A DNA stretch of 63,537 bases, the filler included, from Octopus bimaculoides (taxonomy: Eukaryota), in the NCBI RefSeq assembly GCF_001194135.2. It is 6 parts of 5 records of this genome, joined end to end, with 100 filler letters (N's around TTAATTAATTAA, not from the genome) between each part and the next. Parts side by side here need not be neighbours in the genome. Positions count along the whole stretch, not along the records: positions 1 to 30,501 come from NC_068992.1; positions 30,602 to 42,414 come from NC_068992.1; 4 more parts are not named here. One strand, written 5' to 3'. The notes beneath the pieces were generated by a model. It did not search any database, was not told the origin of the DNA, and saw nothing but the letters and a program-made list of their open reading frames with translations. How positions within the stretch are numbered: the first letter of the stretch is position 1; every line of letters begins with the position of its first letter. Positions 23,736 to 36,024 of the stretch are shown here, piece by piece. The position numbers and the translations under genes were made by a program.

Positions 23736-26325
23736 CAGATAGATTTGGTCCTTGGACTATTCCAAACGAGAAATATAACTGAAACTAACAAGATTATTCG
23801 TGATGTAGCTATGGTTGTTGCAGACAGAGTTGGATACAAAAGAAAAGAAACAGAACGTAAAGAACTATACTGGCGTAGACGAATTTCTGACAAAGTTAAA
23901 AAGACATTTAAGACAAGTTGATAGATTGAGTAGAGGTGAATTGCAGAACGAAAGTATCAGAATAATGTTGGAAAGAACATATAGAATAAGAGATAAAAGG
24001 TATGTTGTGATATTGGAAGAATTGAAACAATGAGTAGTAGCAATCAAGGCAAAACTGCAAAGATATGAGTATAGAACAAAACAATTCTGGCAAAACAGAT
24101 TGTTTGAAGCAAATAAGAAGAAACTATTTCAGGTACTAGATGGACAATTACACGTAACAATTAAATCAGATGCAGAGGAAAGTAGGGTATTCTGGAGAGG
24201 GATCTGAGACCAACCTGTAGAGCATAATGATGAAGCGAAGTGGCAGCATGAAATCCAAAATAGGCTAAGGAATATAGAAACAAAAGATATAAAAATAACT
24301 ACAGAAATAATAAAAAAAAACTCTTAAGAAAATTCCCAAATTGAAAGAGACCAGGATCGGATGATGTCCACAGGTATTGGATGAAGAAGCTGAGAGGGCT
24401 CCATGAAATGATAAGCACAACAGCTTGATGAGTGCATGCAGGAAGGTACAGTACCTAGCTGGATGACAAAGGAAAAGACATTGTTATGTGCCAAGGATCC
24501 TGAAGAGGGAAATGTTGCACCCAACTTTCGACCAATAACGTGTCTTCCGCTGTGAAAACTAATGTCAGGTGCGTTGGCCGATGAACTGAACAGATACTTG
24601 GGAAAAATTGGGTTGCTACCCATTGAGCAGAAAGAGTGCTGAAAGAAGTACCAGGGAACGAAGGATCAGATCTTAATTGATAATTTAATTATCAGGAACT
24701 GCAGGAGAAGACACGCAAACCAGAGCATGGCATGGGTTGACTATCGTAAAGCATACTGTATGATACCTGACTCCTGGATAATAAGAACAATGGAAATGTA
24801 TGGAGTAGCAGAAAACATGAAAAGCCTTATATGGAGAAGTATGAAATGTTGGAGAATGGAATTGACAAAAGGGAATCAAGTATTAGGAGAGGTGAAAATC
24901 AAGAGAGGAATCTTCCAGGAGGACAGAATACCCCCCACTGATCTTTGTGCTGAGAATGATCCTCTTGAGTGAAATACTGGAGAAAACAAAGTTGGGGTAT
25001 GATTTGGGAAGATGTAAGGGATAATTGCTTTTCATGGACGACTTGAAGTTATTCATAAAATGTGAGGCAGAACTGGACAGCCTAGTCCAGTCTGTGCGGA
25101 TTTTCTTCAGTGGTATTAAGATGGTGTTTTGGCTCTCAAAATGTGCTACGATGGTAATGAGATGAGAAAAGCTTGTCAAGACAGAAAGCATATGGTTGCC
25201 AAGTGGTGAAATGATGAAGGCAATTCAACTTCAGTCCAGCTATAAATACCTGGGAATACTTGTGGCAGATGGAATTAAACACAATGACATGAAGGAAAAG
25301 AAAAAGAGAGAGTACCTGTGGCAAGTGAGCAAAATATTGATTTCAAAGCTAAATTCAAGAAACATAATTTTGGCAATAAACTCGCGCGCGGTTACAATAG
25401 TCTGGTATAGCGCTGGAATCCTGAAATTGACAGAGGAGAAGCTAAAGGAGATGGACAGGAAGTCAAGAAAGCTCCTAATGATGCACAGAGCCCATCACCC
25501 ACGTGCAGGCACTAATCGCCTATACATAATGAGAGTAAATGGAGGAAGAGAACTGATAAATATGGAAGAGTGCGTACGTATCCAACTCGAGAAACTTAGC
25601 GCAAAGTAAGGAAACCTTGCTAGTGTCAGTTAGGAGCGAGGGCGTATTGAAAGCAGAGAAAAAAGGGAAAACAAAGGAAGAAGTACAGAAAGGACATGAA
25701 GAAGAATTACGCAACAAAGGACAACACAATCAATTTGATGTAGCCACAACAGAAGTTGCTGGAAACATAAGTGGGATTGACAGAAGAAGGGAGTATTATA
25801 AAAAGAAACTGATAGCATTATAATGGCAGCGCAAGACCATGCCTTAGCAACGAACTGGAGTTAAGAATGAGCAACTTTAAGAATGAACAAGTGTCTCCGC
25901 TCTGTGGTGTCTGTAATAGAGTGGGTGAAACCATTACCCATATCACGAACGATTTCTCTAGAGATACCCCAAACCACTATAATGTTACATTGGAGAATGT
26001 GGAAAGTGGGGACTCGAGAGAGGTAAGGCGTGACATGAGCACAAACTGCAGAGAGTGGCGGAGTCGGAGACTAGCAAAATCCTCTGGGATTTCCCGATTC
26101 AAACAGGTCAGGTGCTAGAGCATAATAGACCGGATCTAGTGGTAGTCGAGAAGATGCATCACATGTGCTATATAGTTGATGTTGCATGCCCCTTTGACCC
26201 ACGAATAATCAAGGAAGTACTAGATAAGTGAAAAGAACGAACAGCATGGTGATGTAAGCTACAAGTAGCAAGCCAGCTACGCATGCAACACTTTAGGAGT
26301 TCCAACAAAACCTATGATAAAAAGA
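23734..26325 (+). mobile_element. Long decayed R4/Dong-like LINE (N-terminal region, RT, zinc knuckle, RLE)
   Basis: LEELKQ…QNRLF; NFRPITCLPL; AWVDYRKAY; KRGIFQ; FMDDLKL; YKYLGI; CGVCNRVGETITHI; ILWDFPIQT…HNRPDLVV…DVACPFD; many stops; ends in (TAA)n. Confidence 0.92.
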
Positions 26326-26396
<71 letters not shown>

Positions 26397-26404
26397 TAAT
26401 AATA

Positions 26405-26550
26405 ATTCAAATGTTCGCCCTAGGCCAGCAATTTCGGGGTGGGGTAAGTCGATTACATCGATCAGTGCTCGACTGGCACTTATTTTATGGAACCCAAAAT
26501 GATGAAAGGCAAAGTTGACCTCGGCGGAACTTGAACTCAGAAGGTAGTCG
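26405..26550 (-). mobile_element. SINE family C with an (ATT)n tail
   Basis: Reverse complement GAGTTCAAGTTCCGCCGAGGTCAACTTTGCCTTTCATC…ATGTAATCGACTTACCCC; the tail is the (TAA)n at 26326-26405. Confidence 0.85.
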
Positions 26551-27435
26551 GACATCTTTTATTATTATTATAGTGTCTGTGAATATGGCCAAAAATTGCC
26601 TGTACTCGGATTTTTAAAGAGATGACCAGGAACCCAGTAACCACTAGCACCACTAACACTACATTGTATAATAATGAAGAAGACGTTATGAGCAACGAAC
26701 AGTGATAGTAAACAGCCAGGCAAGCTGCAGGAAGAAAAGGGTGAAGTGTCCGAATAGAAAATCAGAGGAATTAAGCAGAACATTGGAATTTCATACCTTC
26801 ATCACCATGATTTTCATGTTTTATCGTTTGGCCAACCCACTAGAACATATAATGAAAAAGAATATTCAAATTTCCGAGATAGCTCTGACCATATTCACAT
26901 AAGAAGCTGCACGTGAAAGTCTACATGACTCACAAAAATGGCGTTGGCCCATTTCGACACTAAAATATCATTATCATCAATGACGATTATTAAAAATGCA
27001 GGGTAAATAAATCCGAAATCGCAGTTGATTAAAATTTGGACGGAAATGTCCAGTGAGGATTGAGCATGATCATTGATAATTATGTCCGGGCAAGCTTTAA
27101 CCTTTTTAGACTTTGCAACATATTCTTATTTGTAGTAAGCAGATATCGGAATGACTGCAACCATAAGTATATTAACTGAAATACTTGCGCTGATTGGGCA
27201 ATTTAAACTAACACAAATTAAGTATGTATATCATAAATATATAATTGTAACACGTGCATATGTACACACACGTATATATACATACAACCTTACACATACA
27301 ACCATACACATATGTACATATATCTATATTTATATGTATTTAAGTTTACAAGTAAATCTATACACTTAATGACACACTCTATACTGCATTCTCACAGACA
27401 GACACAGAAATGCACGCACACTAGCACGCAGAGAT

Positions 27436-27506
<71 letters not shown>

Positions 27507-27993
27507 TGCATACGTTTAGAAACAAACGATGTGAATTAAGAACATAAGGAAATGTAATATAAGGGAAGTAGACGGAAAGTGGAGGCTGGTGGGATATTTT
27601 GAAGAGAAGGAGGGAATTATAATTACATTAGATTAGAGACACTTCTGATTTATATCTAAAATGTAGAAATATTTTTGTCTAAAATAATTCCAATTNNNNN
27701 NNNNNNNNNNNNNNNNNNNNNNNNNNNNNNNNNNNNNNNNNNNNNNNNNNNNNNNNNNNNNNNNNNNNNNNNNNNNNNNNNNNNNNNNNNNNNNNNNNNN
27801 NNNNNNNNNNNNNNNNNNNNNNNNNNNNNNNNNNNNNNNNNNNNNNNNNNNNNNNNNNNNNNNNNNNNNNNNNNNNNNNNNNNNNNNNNNNNNNNNNNNN
27901 NNNNNNNNNNNNNNNNNNNNNNNNNNNNNNNNNNNNNNNNNNNNNNNNNNNNNNNNNNNNNNNNNNNNNNNNNNNNNNNNNNNNNNNNNNNNA

Positions 27994-28069
<76 letters not shown>

Positions 28070-28750
28070 CGGTTGTAGAAATGGTAGAAATATGACTATT
28101 TATATATGTTGAAGCAAGTGAATGTGTGCGTGTCCATATCTAGCTAAAGTTTGCGAGAGGTATTTGATGACATATTTGGTAATTTGATTAAACAACTCTA
28201 ATCCAGCAAAAACCAAATATATTTCAGTAAAAATTTATTCACATGTTCTCGGTAATCTGTCTAAGATTACAGGAAATTCCCGCTTTCCAGAAGTAATGCA
28301 TTCTTTAAAATGTAGTCGTAACGTGAAATCCCGTAATGCGAATTAATTTTCCTATCGATTTTCATGTTATCAAGTAAAATTGCATTCCAAAGGACTTTTC
28401 AAAAACAAAAAGTACAAGAAAATTAACAACACAATCACCTTTATATATGAAAATAACAATTTATAAACATACACATTACTATATAGATACAAAAAAGAAA
28501 CATTTCAAGAGGAATACGTAAAGGAATTAATAAGAATCGTAATATAAGAGTGCATTTGATTTCTATTTCTGCCGGAACGACGTAATCGACTTACCTCTCT
28601 CCCGAAATTGCTGGCTTTGTGCCAAAGTTTGAAACCAATATCATATGAGTACGTAAGGTGGAGAACTGATAGAAGACCTGCCGTGCCGGAGAAAATGAAC
28701 TTGAATTGCGTTCTGCATTGGAAATGCCCTACCCATTCGCCCTTATACAT

Positions 28751-28789
<39 letters not shown>

Positions 28790-28790
<1 letters not shown>

Positions 28791-28900
28791 GCATAGGAAT
28801 AGCTATGTGGTATGAAGTTTGCTTCCCAACCGCGTTCTGTCCCACAATGTGACACTTTGGGCAAGTGTCTTTTGCTGTAGCCTCATGTCAACGAATGCCA
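28790..28900 (+). mobile_element. SINE family A, degenerate 5' part
   Basis: GCTATGTGGTATGAAGTTTGCTTCCCAACC…TTTGGGCAAGTGTCTT. Confidence 0.7.
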
Positions 28901-30392
28901 AAAAATATAATGAGGATCACTTCAGATAGGACTCTATAGATGAGATACCGAAGGACTCTATTCCCAAGACCATCCCGGGAACTGTGGGTGGATAAAAAGA
29001 ATTGGAATGGATGGAAACATTTGTATCTGTGTATGTATGTATGTATGTAAGTTCTCTTCTGTTTTTAAATATTTAAATTCTTCCTCTGAGGAAGGAGCTC
29101 GTTTCTAAAAAAGATACAAAGCTCCATTGTTACAATTTGGATAAAAACAACGTCATAACTGGACAAGTCTTGCATGTTTTCATTGTCCCACATACAGATT
29201 GTATTTGTTATATACGTGTTAGTTGGTTGTACGTGTGCATATATATGTATATGCATATAATATATATTTACTTATGACATATATGAGAATTCCACACTCT
29301 ACTTCTATCTTCCACTTCGTCTGAGAATATTCATCGTATCGCGAGATGGGCGCGCGACTCACATTATAAGAGTAAAAAGCAAAGTAGTGAACGTAATTTG
29401 TATTTTCAGGGGGGTTTTTTTCTGATAGGTTCTTTTCTGATAGCTAATAGACACCTTTGCGCAAATCGATTAGCTTGCTTCCTCGGTATTTTCATTTCAA
29501 ATTACAATATGATACCTTTATAAACCTCAGGCAAAAATATTATTTAAGCAAGGTAATGTTTTAAAATAGAAAGTGATAGAAAGCGAGATAATAGATTGAT
29601 GATAAAAGAGGTAAAAATAGAGAGAAAATGTGAGAAGGACAGTGAGGGATAGACACATACGCGTATCCATACGTAGTCATGTATCCGTGCACACACATTC
29701 TTATGTAGTTAAGAAATGAGGTCGAACAGACTTGTCTAAAAAATTATATTAATAATTACAGTCATTGTCATATATTAAGGCATAAAAGTAAGATGATAGG
29801 ATCGTAGTCATGTCTGTCTTGATATGTTTATAGTATTTGTGTGCAACGAGTTCGTTTTGGAAGGCTTGGTGTTCGACCATTGCCTTTATAAACAGGTCTA
29901 TAAATCAAAATCATTCAAATGGTGCCCGGCCACACTTATACATGTACACATACATTACCACGCACATACGAACACACCAATTATTATAGATATTCACACG
30001 TTTACACACGTACACACGCACACATGGCATACATATATGAAAAATATACATGAATACACATAAGCTCTGATGAAGGCAAGCAGGTCGAAACTTCAATGTT
30101 ACTGTCATTCCTATGGTTGTGAATATTTAGAAAATATGTAATCTATGAAAAAATTATTAAGTAATTCTGCAATTAAATGTGAAACTATTTTTATTATAAC
30201 TTGACGTACAAGTAATATATTTAATTGATATATTTATTGGTGTGTATATTATATATTTTTTAGTCGAATGATTCAAATCCTTTGCTTTTATTTTTTTTAA
30301 ATTTGATGCTTATTCTATCGAACTCTTAAGCCGGAACGCTATGTTAAGGGGACATAAATACACCAACATTGGTTGTCGAGTGGTGGTGACGA

Positions 30393-30424
<32 letters not shown>

Positions 30425-30501
30425 GCACACACACGCAGCACACACAAACACACGCAAACACACACACACACACACACATACACACACACACACATATTTA
30501 T

Positions 30502-30601
30502 NNNNNNNNNNNNNNNNNNNNNNNNNNNNNNNNNNNNNNNNNNNNTTAATTAATTAANNNNNNNNNNNNNNNNNNNNNNNNNNNNNNNNNNNNNNNNNNN
30601 N
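30502..30601. other. Synthetic assembly spacer N44-TTAATTAATTAA-N44
   Basis: Identical 100-nt blocks with the 12-mer at 30546, 42459, 50450, 60330 and 61565; the 12-mer gives stops in all six frames. Confidence 0.9.
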
Positions 30602-30634
<33 letters not shown>

Positions 30635-32080
30635 ACACATATATATATATATATACATACATACATATTTACATACATTGATGCATACATGCATAACGTA
30701 GGAGTTGAATGGGTTGTGGGTGAGTCAAATATGTAAAAAAACTAAGTGAGTGATAGGACACAGGTTGTGGAATGTTCTGAGGTTGAAGGGGTGATGGAAG
30801 GCGTAGGGGAAAATAGCAAAGCAGCAAATGAAGTATGCGTGCGTATATGTCTGAATGAGCACAGGTACACATTTGCGTATGTGTCCATGTGCATGAGAGA
30901 GAGCGCCAGAGAGACAGAAAGAGAAAGGAAAGGAGAGAAAAACGATGAAGGGAAAGAGAAACAAGGCAAAGAAAACTATAGGAAAAATAGACATACGTTA
31001 TATATGCAAAAAGAGGAGGGTGGAAAAATTGATGCTGTATAGAATAGTAAATGAGAATATAATGAGATACATTCTAAACATAATTGTGGTTTGTATGTGT
31101 GTATGGGTGGATCTGCATATGGATGTGGGTGCGCGTGTCTCTGTCTACATGCGTATGTGAGTATAGAATGTGCGTGGTTCTATGTAAATATGTACGTAAA
31201 CGTGCATTTATGGATATGTAAATATGTGTGCATATAACTATACGTATATAATTCATACACGCATACGCGTATACACGTTCATATTGTAGATATGCTTGTA
31301 GATATACTTTTGTATATTTACGTACGCTGCGCAAATATATATTAATATATATATATATAATCATGTATATATATATATATATATGATTATACATTATACA
31401 TATATTTATATGTATGTATGCATTTTACATGCACACACACACACATATATATATATATGAATAAGCATATATAAAATATATTATATATGTATGTGTGTGT
31501 TTGTGTGTGTGTGCATATAAACATACATATAAATATATGTATGTATATATATTTATATGCATGTATACATATATGTAAGTATATATAAATATATATGTAT
31601 ATATATATATATATATATATNNNNNNNNNNNNNNNNNNNNNNNNNNNNNNNNNNNNNNNNNNNNNNNNNNNNNNNNNNNNNNNNNNNNNNNNNNNNNNNN
31701 NNNNNNNNNNNNNNNNNNNNNNNNNNNNNNNNNNNNNNNNNNNNNNNNNNNNNNNNNNNNNNNNNNNNNNNNNNNNNNNNNNNNNNNNNNNNNNNNNNNN
31801 NNNNNNNNNNNNNNNNNNNNNNNNNNNNNNNNNNNNNNNNNNNNNNNNNNNNNNNNNNNNNNNNNNNNNNNNNNNNNNNNNNNNNNNNNNNNNNNNNNNN
31901 NNNNNNNNNNNNNNNNNNNNNNNNNNNNNNNNNNNNNNNNNNNNNNNNNNNNNNNNNNNNNNNNNNNNNNNNNNNNNNNNNNNNNNNNNNNNNNNNNNNN
32001 NNNNNNNNNNNNNNNNNNNNNNNNNNNNNNNNNNNNNNNNNNNNNNNNNNNNNNNNNNNNNNNNNNNNNNNNNNNNNNNN

Positions 32081-32120
<40 letters not shown>

Positions 32121-32759
32121 TAAATGCACACATGTCTATATGAACCTTTATATTTGTATATGCATGTTGAATGAAAGAGAAAGAGAGAGAGAGGGAGAGA
32201 GAGTAGGGAGAAACAGAATGTGTGTGAGCAAGAGAGAAAGAGAATGAGTGTGTGTAAGTGTGAGTGATAGGTTGAGGAAACAAAAAAAGGATCCAACAAG
32301 GGGATAGGTAGCGAACGTGCTCGGAATGATGAGAATATGGATGTGTTAAAATGGATATTGTAAGGATGCGTGATAATCAAATATAACACACTACGGGAGT
32401 TGATGAAAAGGGAGCGAATTAGAGAGAGACAGGATTATAGATGAACGTAAGCGAAGAGTGGCAAAGAACGTAGAGGGAGTTAAAAGTGAAAGTAGGTCCA
32501 GAGAACGTGGGAGAATATGAGCAATTATATGAGAAGAAAGGGAGTACTAGCAACTGGAGTCATGGAGAGGGTCGAGAGACAAAGGTAACGAGAGAGGGAG
32601 AGAGAAATGATATAAACAAATAAATGCCATGACGGAAAGAAAAAACTGGAAGAGCACTATGTGTGAATACATTCACACACGCACACACAGACACACATAC
32701 ACAAACATGTATGTATATACATGCATGCCTACATATAGATGAATATTTGTGTGTGTGTG

Positions 32760-32802
<43 letters not shown>

Positions 32803-33100
32803 AGACATTACTCATATTTTTTGCNNNNNNNNNNNNNNNNNNNNNNNNNNNNNNNNNNNNNNNNNNNNNNNNNNNNNNNNNNNNNNNNNNNNNNNNNNNN
32901 NNNNNNNNNNNNNNNNNNNNNNNNNNNNNNNNNNNNNNNNNNNNNNNNNNNNNNNNNNNNNNNNNNNNNNNNNNNNNNNNNNNNNNNNNNNNNNNNNNNN
33001 NNNNNNNNNNNNNNNNNNNNNNNNNNNNNNNNNNNNNNNNNNNNNNNNNNNNNNNNNNNNNNNNNNNNNNNNNNNNNNNNNNNNNNNNNNNNNNNNNNNN

Positions 33101-33142
<42 letters not shown>

Positions 33143-34089
33143 AGACATTACTCACGTATATTTTTGATCGTTCTTTTTAAATAACAAAAAATATACATTA
33201 ATTATATACATTTATATACATTTATATACATTTATATCGTTTAATTATATGTATTGGATGACAGAGAAGTAAGAGACAAAATTTATATGAAAAGTGAGAG
33301 AAATGGATCGATAGAACGCAAGATAAATGTCTACCCTAGGGGTACAATAAAATTGCAACTGAAACGAAGTTTCCCAAGTGGAACAAAATTTAAATAAATG
33401 ACGAAAATGCCCACAAATCTCTCCGAAACAAACATGGGAAGGAACAAAAAAACGTTACTATATATCGACATAGAGCTTGTTCATATGAACTGAATTACAG
33501 CGTGTAACGCTAATAGAAAACCATCGCTTAAGACATAATATGGTTTGCTTCATTATAACGTTTCCATAATAAAGGGAACTGCTGTTGCTAAACATTTGCA
33601 TGAAATATAAATATAATATATCCTCATATGTAGGAAGTGCTAGTGTTTGGCATGTGCTGTTCACAAACATATACCATCGTACCCAACCGTATACATACAT
33701 TCATATCTTTATTAAATGAGGGATGCCATTTTGTTTCTAGTGTTGAGTAGATCGACTATTCCCCAGCCCTCAAAAAATGTGTGATCCTTAATTAATCAAT
33801 ATGGGGTTCGGTACTTCAACTAGAAATGAACTGTACGAAATGCTTTGGGCTGAATATCTCGTGTAGTCAGTTATTGGACTACGGTTACTCTGGTGCACCC
33901 CCAAGAAGGGCTTAGTCGAACAAATACACCTTAATACTTGTTAGTCGAACAAATACATATCAGTACTTATTCTATCGGTGCTTACAGAACACCGATGTGG
34001 ATCCAAATCCTCAACACAGCTCACATACGGCTCCACACAAGCTGCAGTGTATGGCAGTGACCACGCTCTAGTTCCTGGTTACATTTCGT

Positions 34090-34228
34090 CAGCTAAACTA
34101 TGTGTGTAAACCCAAAGGTTATTATATCGGTGTTTGCGGAAACGCTGAGTATCAGTCTCGTGAAGAAGCAATCCTTGATTGTCAAGCAGTGATGGTTAAC
34201 AAACACAAACAAAAAGACACACATACAC

Positions 34229-34267
<39 letters not shown>

Positions 34268-34350
34268 TATTTAGTGGATGGACTTCCACATAGTTTCCGT
34301 GTACCAAAATCTCTCACACTGCATTGGTTCACCTGGACCTGTGGTAAGGA
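34090..34350 (-). mobile_element. Old SINE family A-like copy
   Basis: CCACATAGTTTCCGTGTACCAAAATCTCTCAC resembles the reverse of the family A core; (CA)n inside. Confidence 0.55.
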
Positions 34351-34679
34351 AACGTTTGACCCGAAACCTCGTATAGCGAACTTCATAACTGCACAAACGG
34401 CTACAGCAGAAACAAAATATAAATAGATATATTAAAGTTTTGTTCATGTTTATAAAACAGGAAAGTAAACAAAGAGAATCAGACAACATAGAGTGAGTTA
34501 GAAGTGAAAGTAGGTCCAGAGAAAGTGGGAGAATGTGAGCGATAAGATAAGAAGTAAAGCAGTGCAGAGACAGAGGGAGTGAGGGGGATTTATGTTTATA
34601 AATAGACATTAACATTTTCCTTCTTTTTATAAATATAAATTTCGTAAAAGAATAAGTCTATCTACTTTTGAAAGTTTTG

Positions 34680-35560
34680 GTTGTGCTAGACCCATTTGGC
34701 CTCATTAACAGCGTACGAGAAATTCCATTGTAACCAAACTTTCCCATTGAAACTACTCCAGCCTTTAGCATGTCATCCTCACTGTATGTGGCCAATCGTT
34801 ATCCTGGTGGAAGAATACCTTTTGTCTTCAATCCAAAGATGGTCATTTTTCTTCTAGCGCTGTCCTAAGCCGCCCTAGTAGCTTGCAGTAGATCTCCTTT
34901 GTTATCGTTTGGTTTGGGTACGACAATTCAAAGTGGATTAAACCTTTCATATCCCACGAAACAGATAACATCGCCTTCCGTAGGTGATGACATTCCTTAT
35001 CCTGGGCTGTTGGTGTTTCTCCTTTCCGTACCTACTGTCTCCTGCGCTTCACATTTTCATAGAGAACCCATTTCTTGTTACAAGTCAGTATTCAGTCCAA
35101 AAAAAGGTCCATTCCCGAGATATGACAGCAAAGAATAACACACTTTCTGCGCGTGATTAGAGTCAGAAATCTTGTGAGGAACCTATTTACCAAATTTGTT
35201 GACTTTTCCGACGGCGCCCAAGTGTCGATGAATGGTTGAATGACCAAATCGAAGCTTTTCTGCCAGTCAATCAACAGTTATGATGGGATTTTGTTCCACA
35301 GGAGGCCCTTGTGGAGCGCTACAGATTTTCCAGATCGAGGCTCGTCTTCTAGGCAGTAGTTTCCAGCTTGGAGTTTTCTGGAACCACCGTTGACACTGGC
35401 TTACGCTTATTGTCCTAACCCCATACACTGTGTTAATATTCTTCGCGCTTTCCGTTGTGTTGTTACCTTTATTGAACACAAAGCAAAATATGCCCAATAT
35501 GCTCCTTTCTCACCTCCATTATAGCTTTGAAAAAATAACTGTTAATATCGAACTGCGCTG
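34680..35560 (-). mobile_element. Mariner transposase relic
   Basis: FNKGNNTTESAKNINTVYGVRTISVSQCQRWFQK; LVEQNP-like; FFHQDNDWPHT; stops and frameshifts. Confidence 0.85.
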
Positions 35561-35821
35561 TTCAAAGTTGCACTAACAATAAGCATAAGGTAAAGTCACT
35601 ACCTGCTTTTATAGCAAGTTGATACAGGTAGTATATCCCGTCCCCTTTCCGACTTTCAGTCCATGCAATTGAAAAAAACTGCATTATCTATAGGGTGACC
35701 CAATATATTCAGCATATGTTCTCCAGAGTGATTTCTTGCAGTATATTCTATTGGATAAAAATCTTAATATTCTAAATTCAGAGGTACGTTTAATATTTTT
35801 AGTAACATTTATGATATTCGT

Positions 35822-36024
35822 TTCAAATTTAGGCACAAGACCAGCAATTCCAGGGGAATGGCGGAAGTCAATTACATCGACCTTAGTGTCTCGCTGGTAC
35901 TTATTTTTTTCTCCTCGAAAAGGCAAATTCGTCCTTGGCGGAATTTGAACTCAGAATGTAAAGATGAAGAAAACGCGGCTGAGCATTTCGCCCGGCGTGC
36001 TAACGACTCTGCCAGCTTGTCACC
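35822..36024 (-). mobile_element. SINE family C
   Basis: Reverse of 38701-38920 (GGAATTTGAACTCAGAA…CGTGCTAACGACTCTGCCAGCT). Confidence 0.85.

Noticed and set aside
32790-33150. Repeat AAACAGACATTACTCA on both sides of a gap
   Set aside because: Probably overlapping contig ends or a collapsed repeat; cannot be judged across N.
33458-33700. 80-aa minus ORF with a HECT-like STCxxLxLPxY string
   Set aside because: One weak motif only; no supporting exon structure or other HECT residues.
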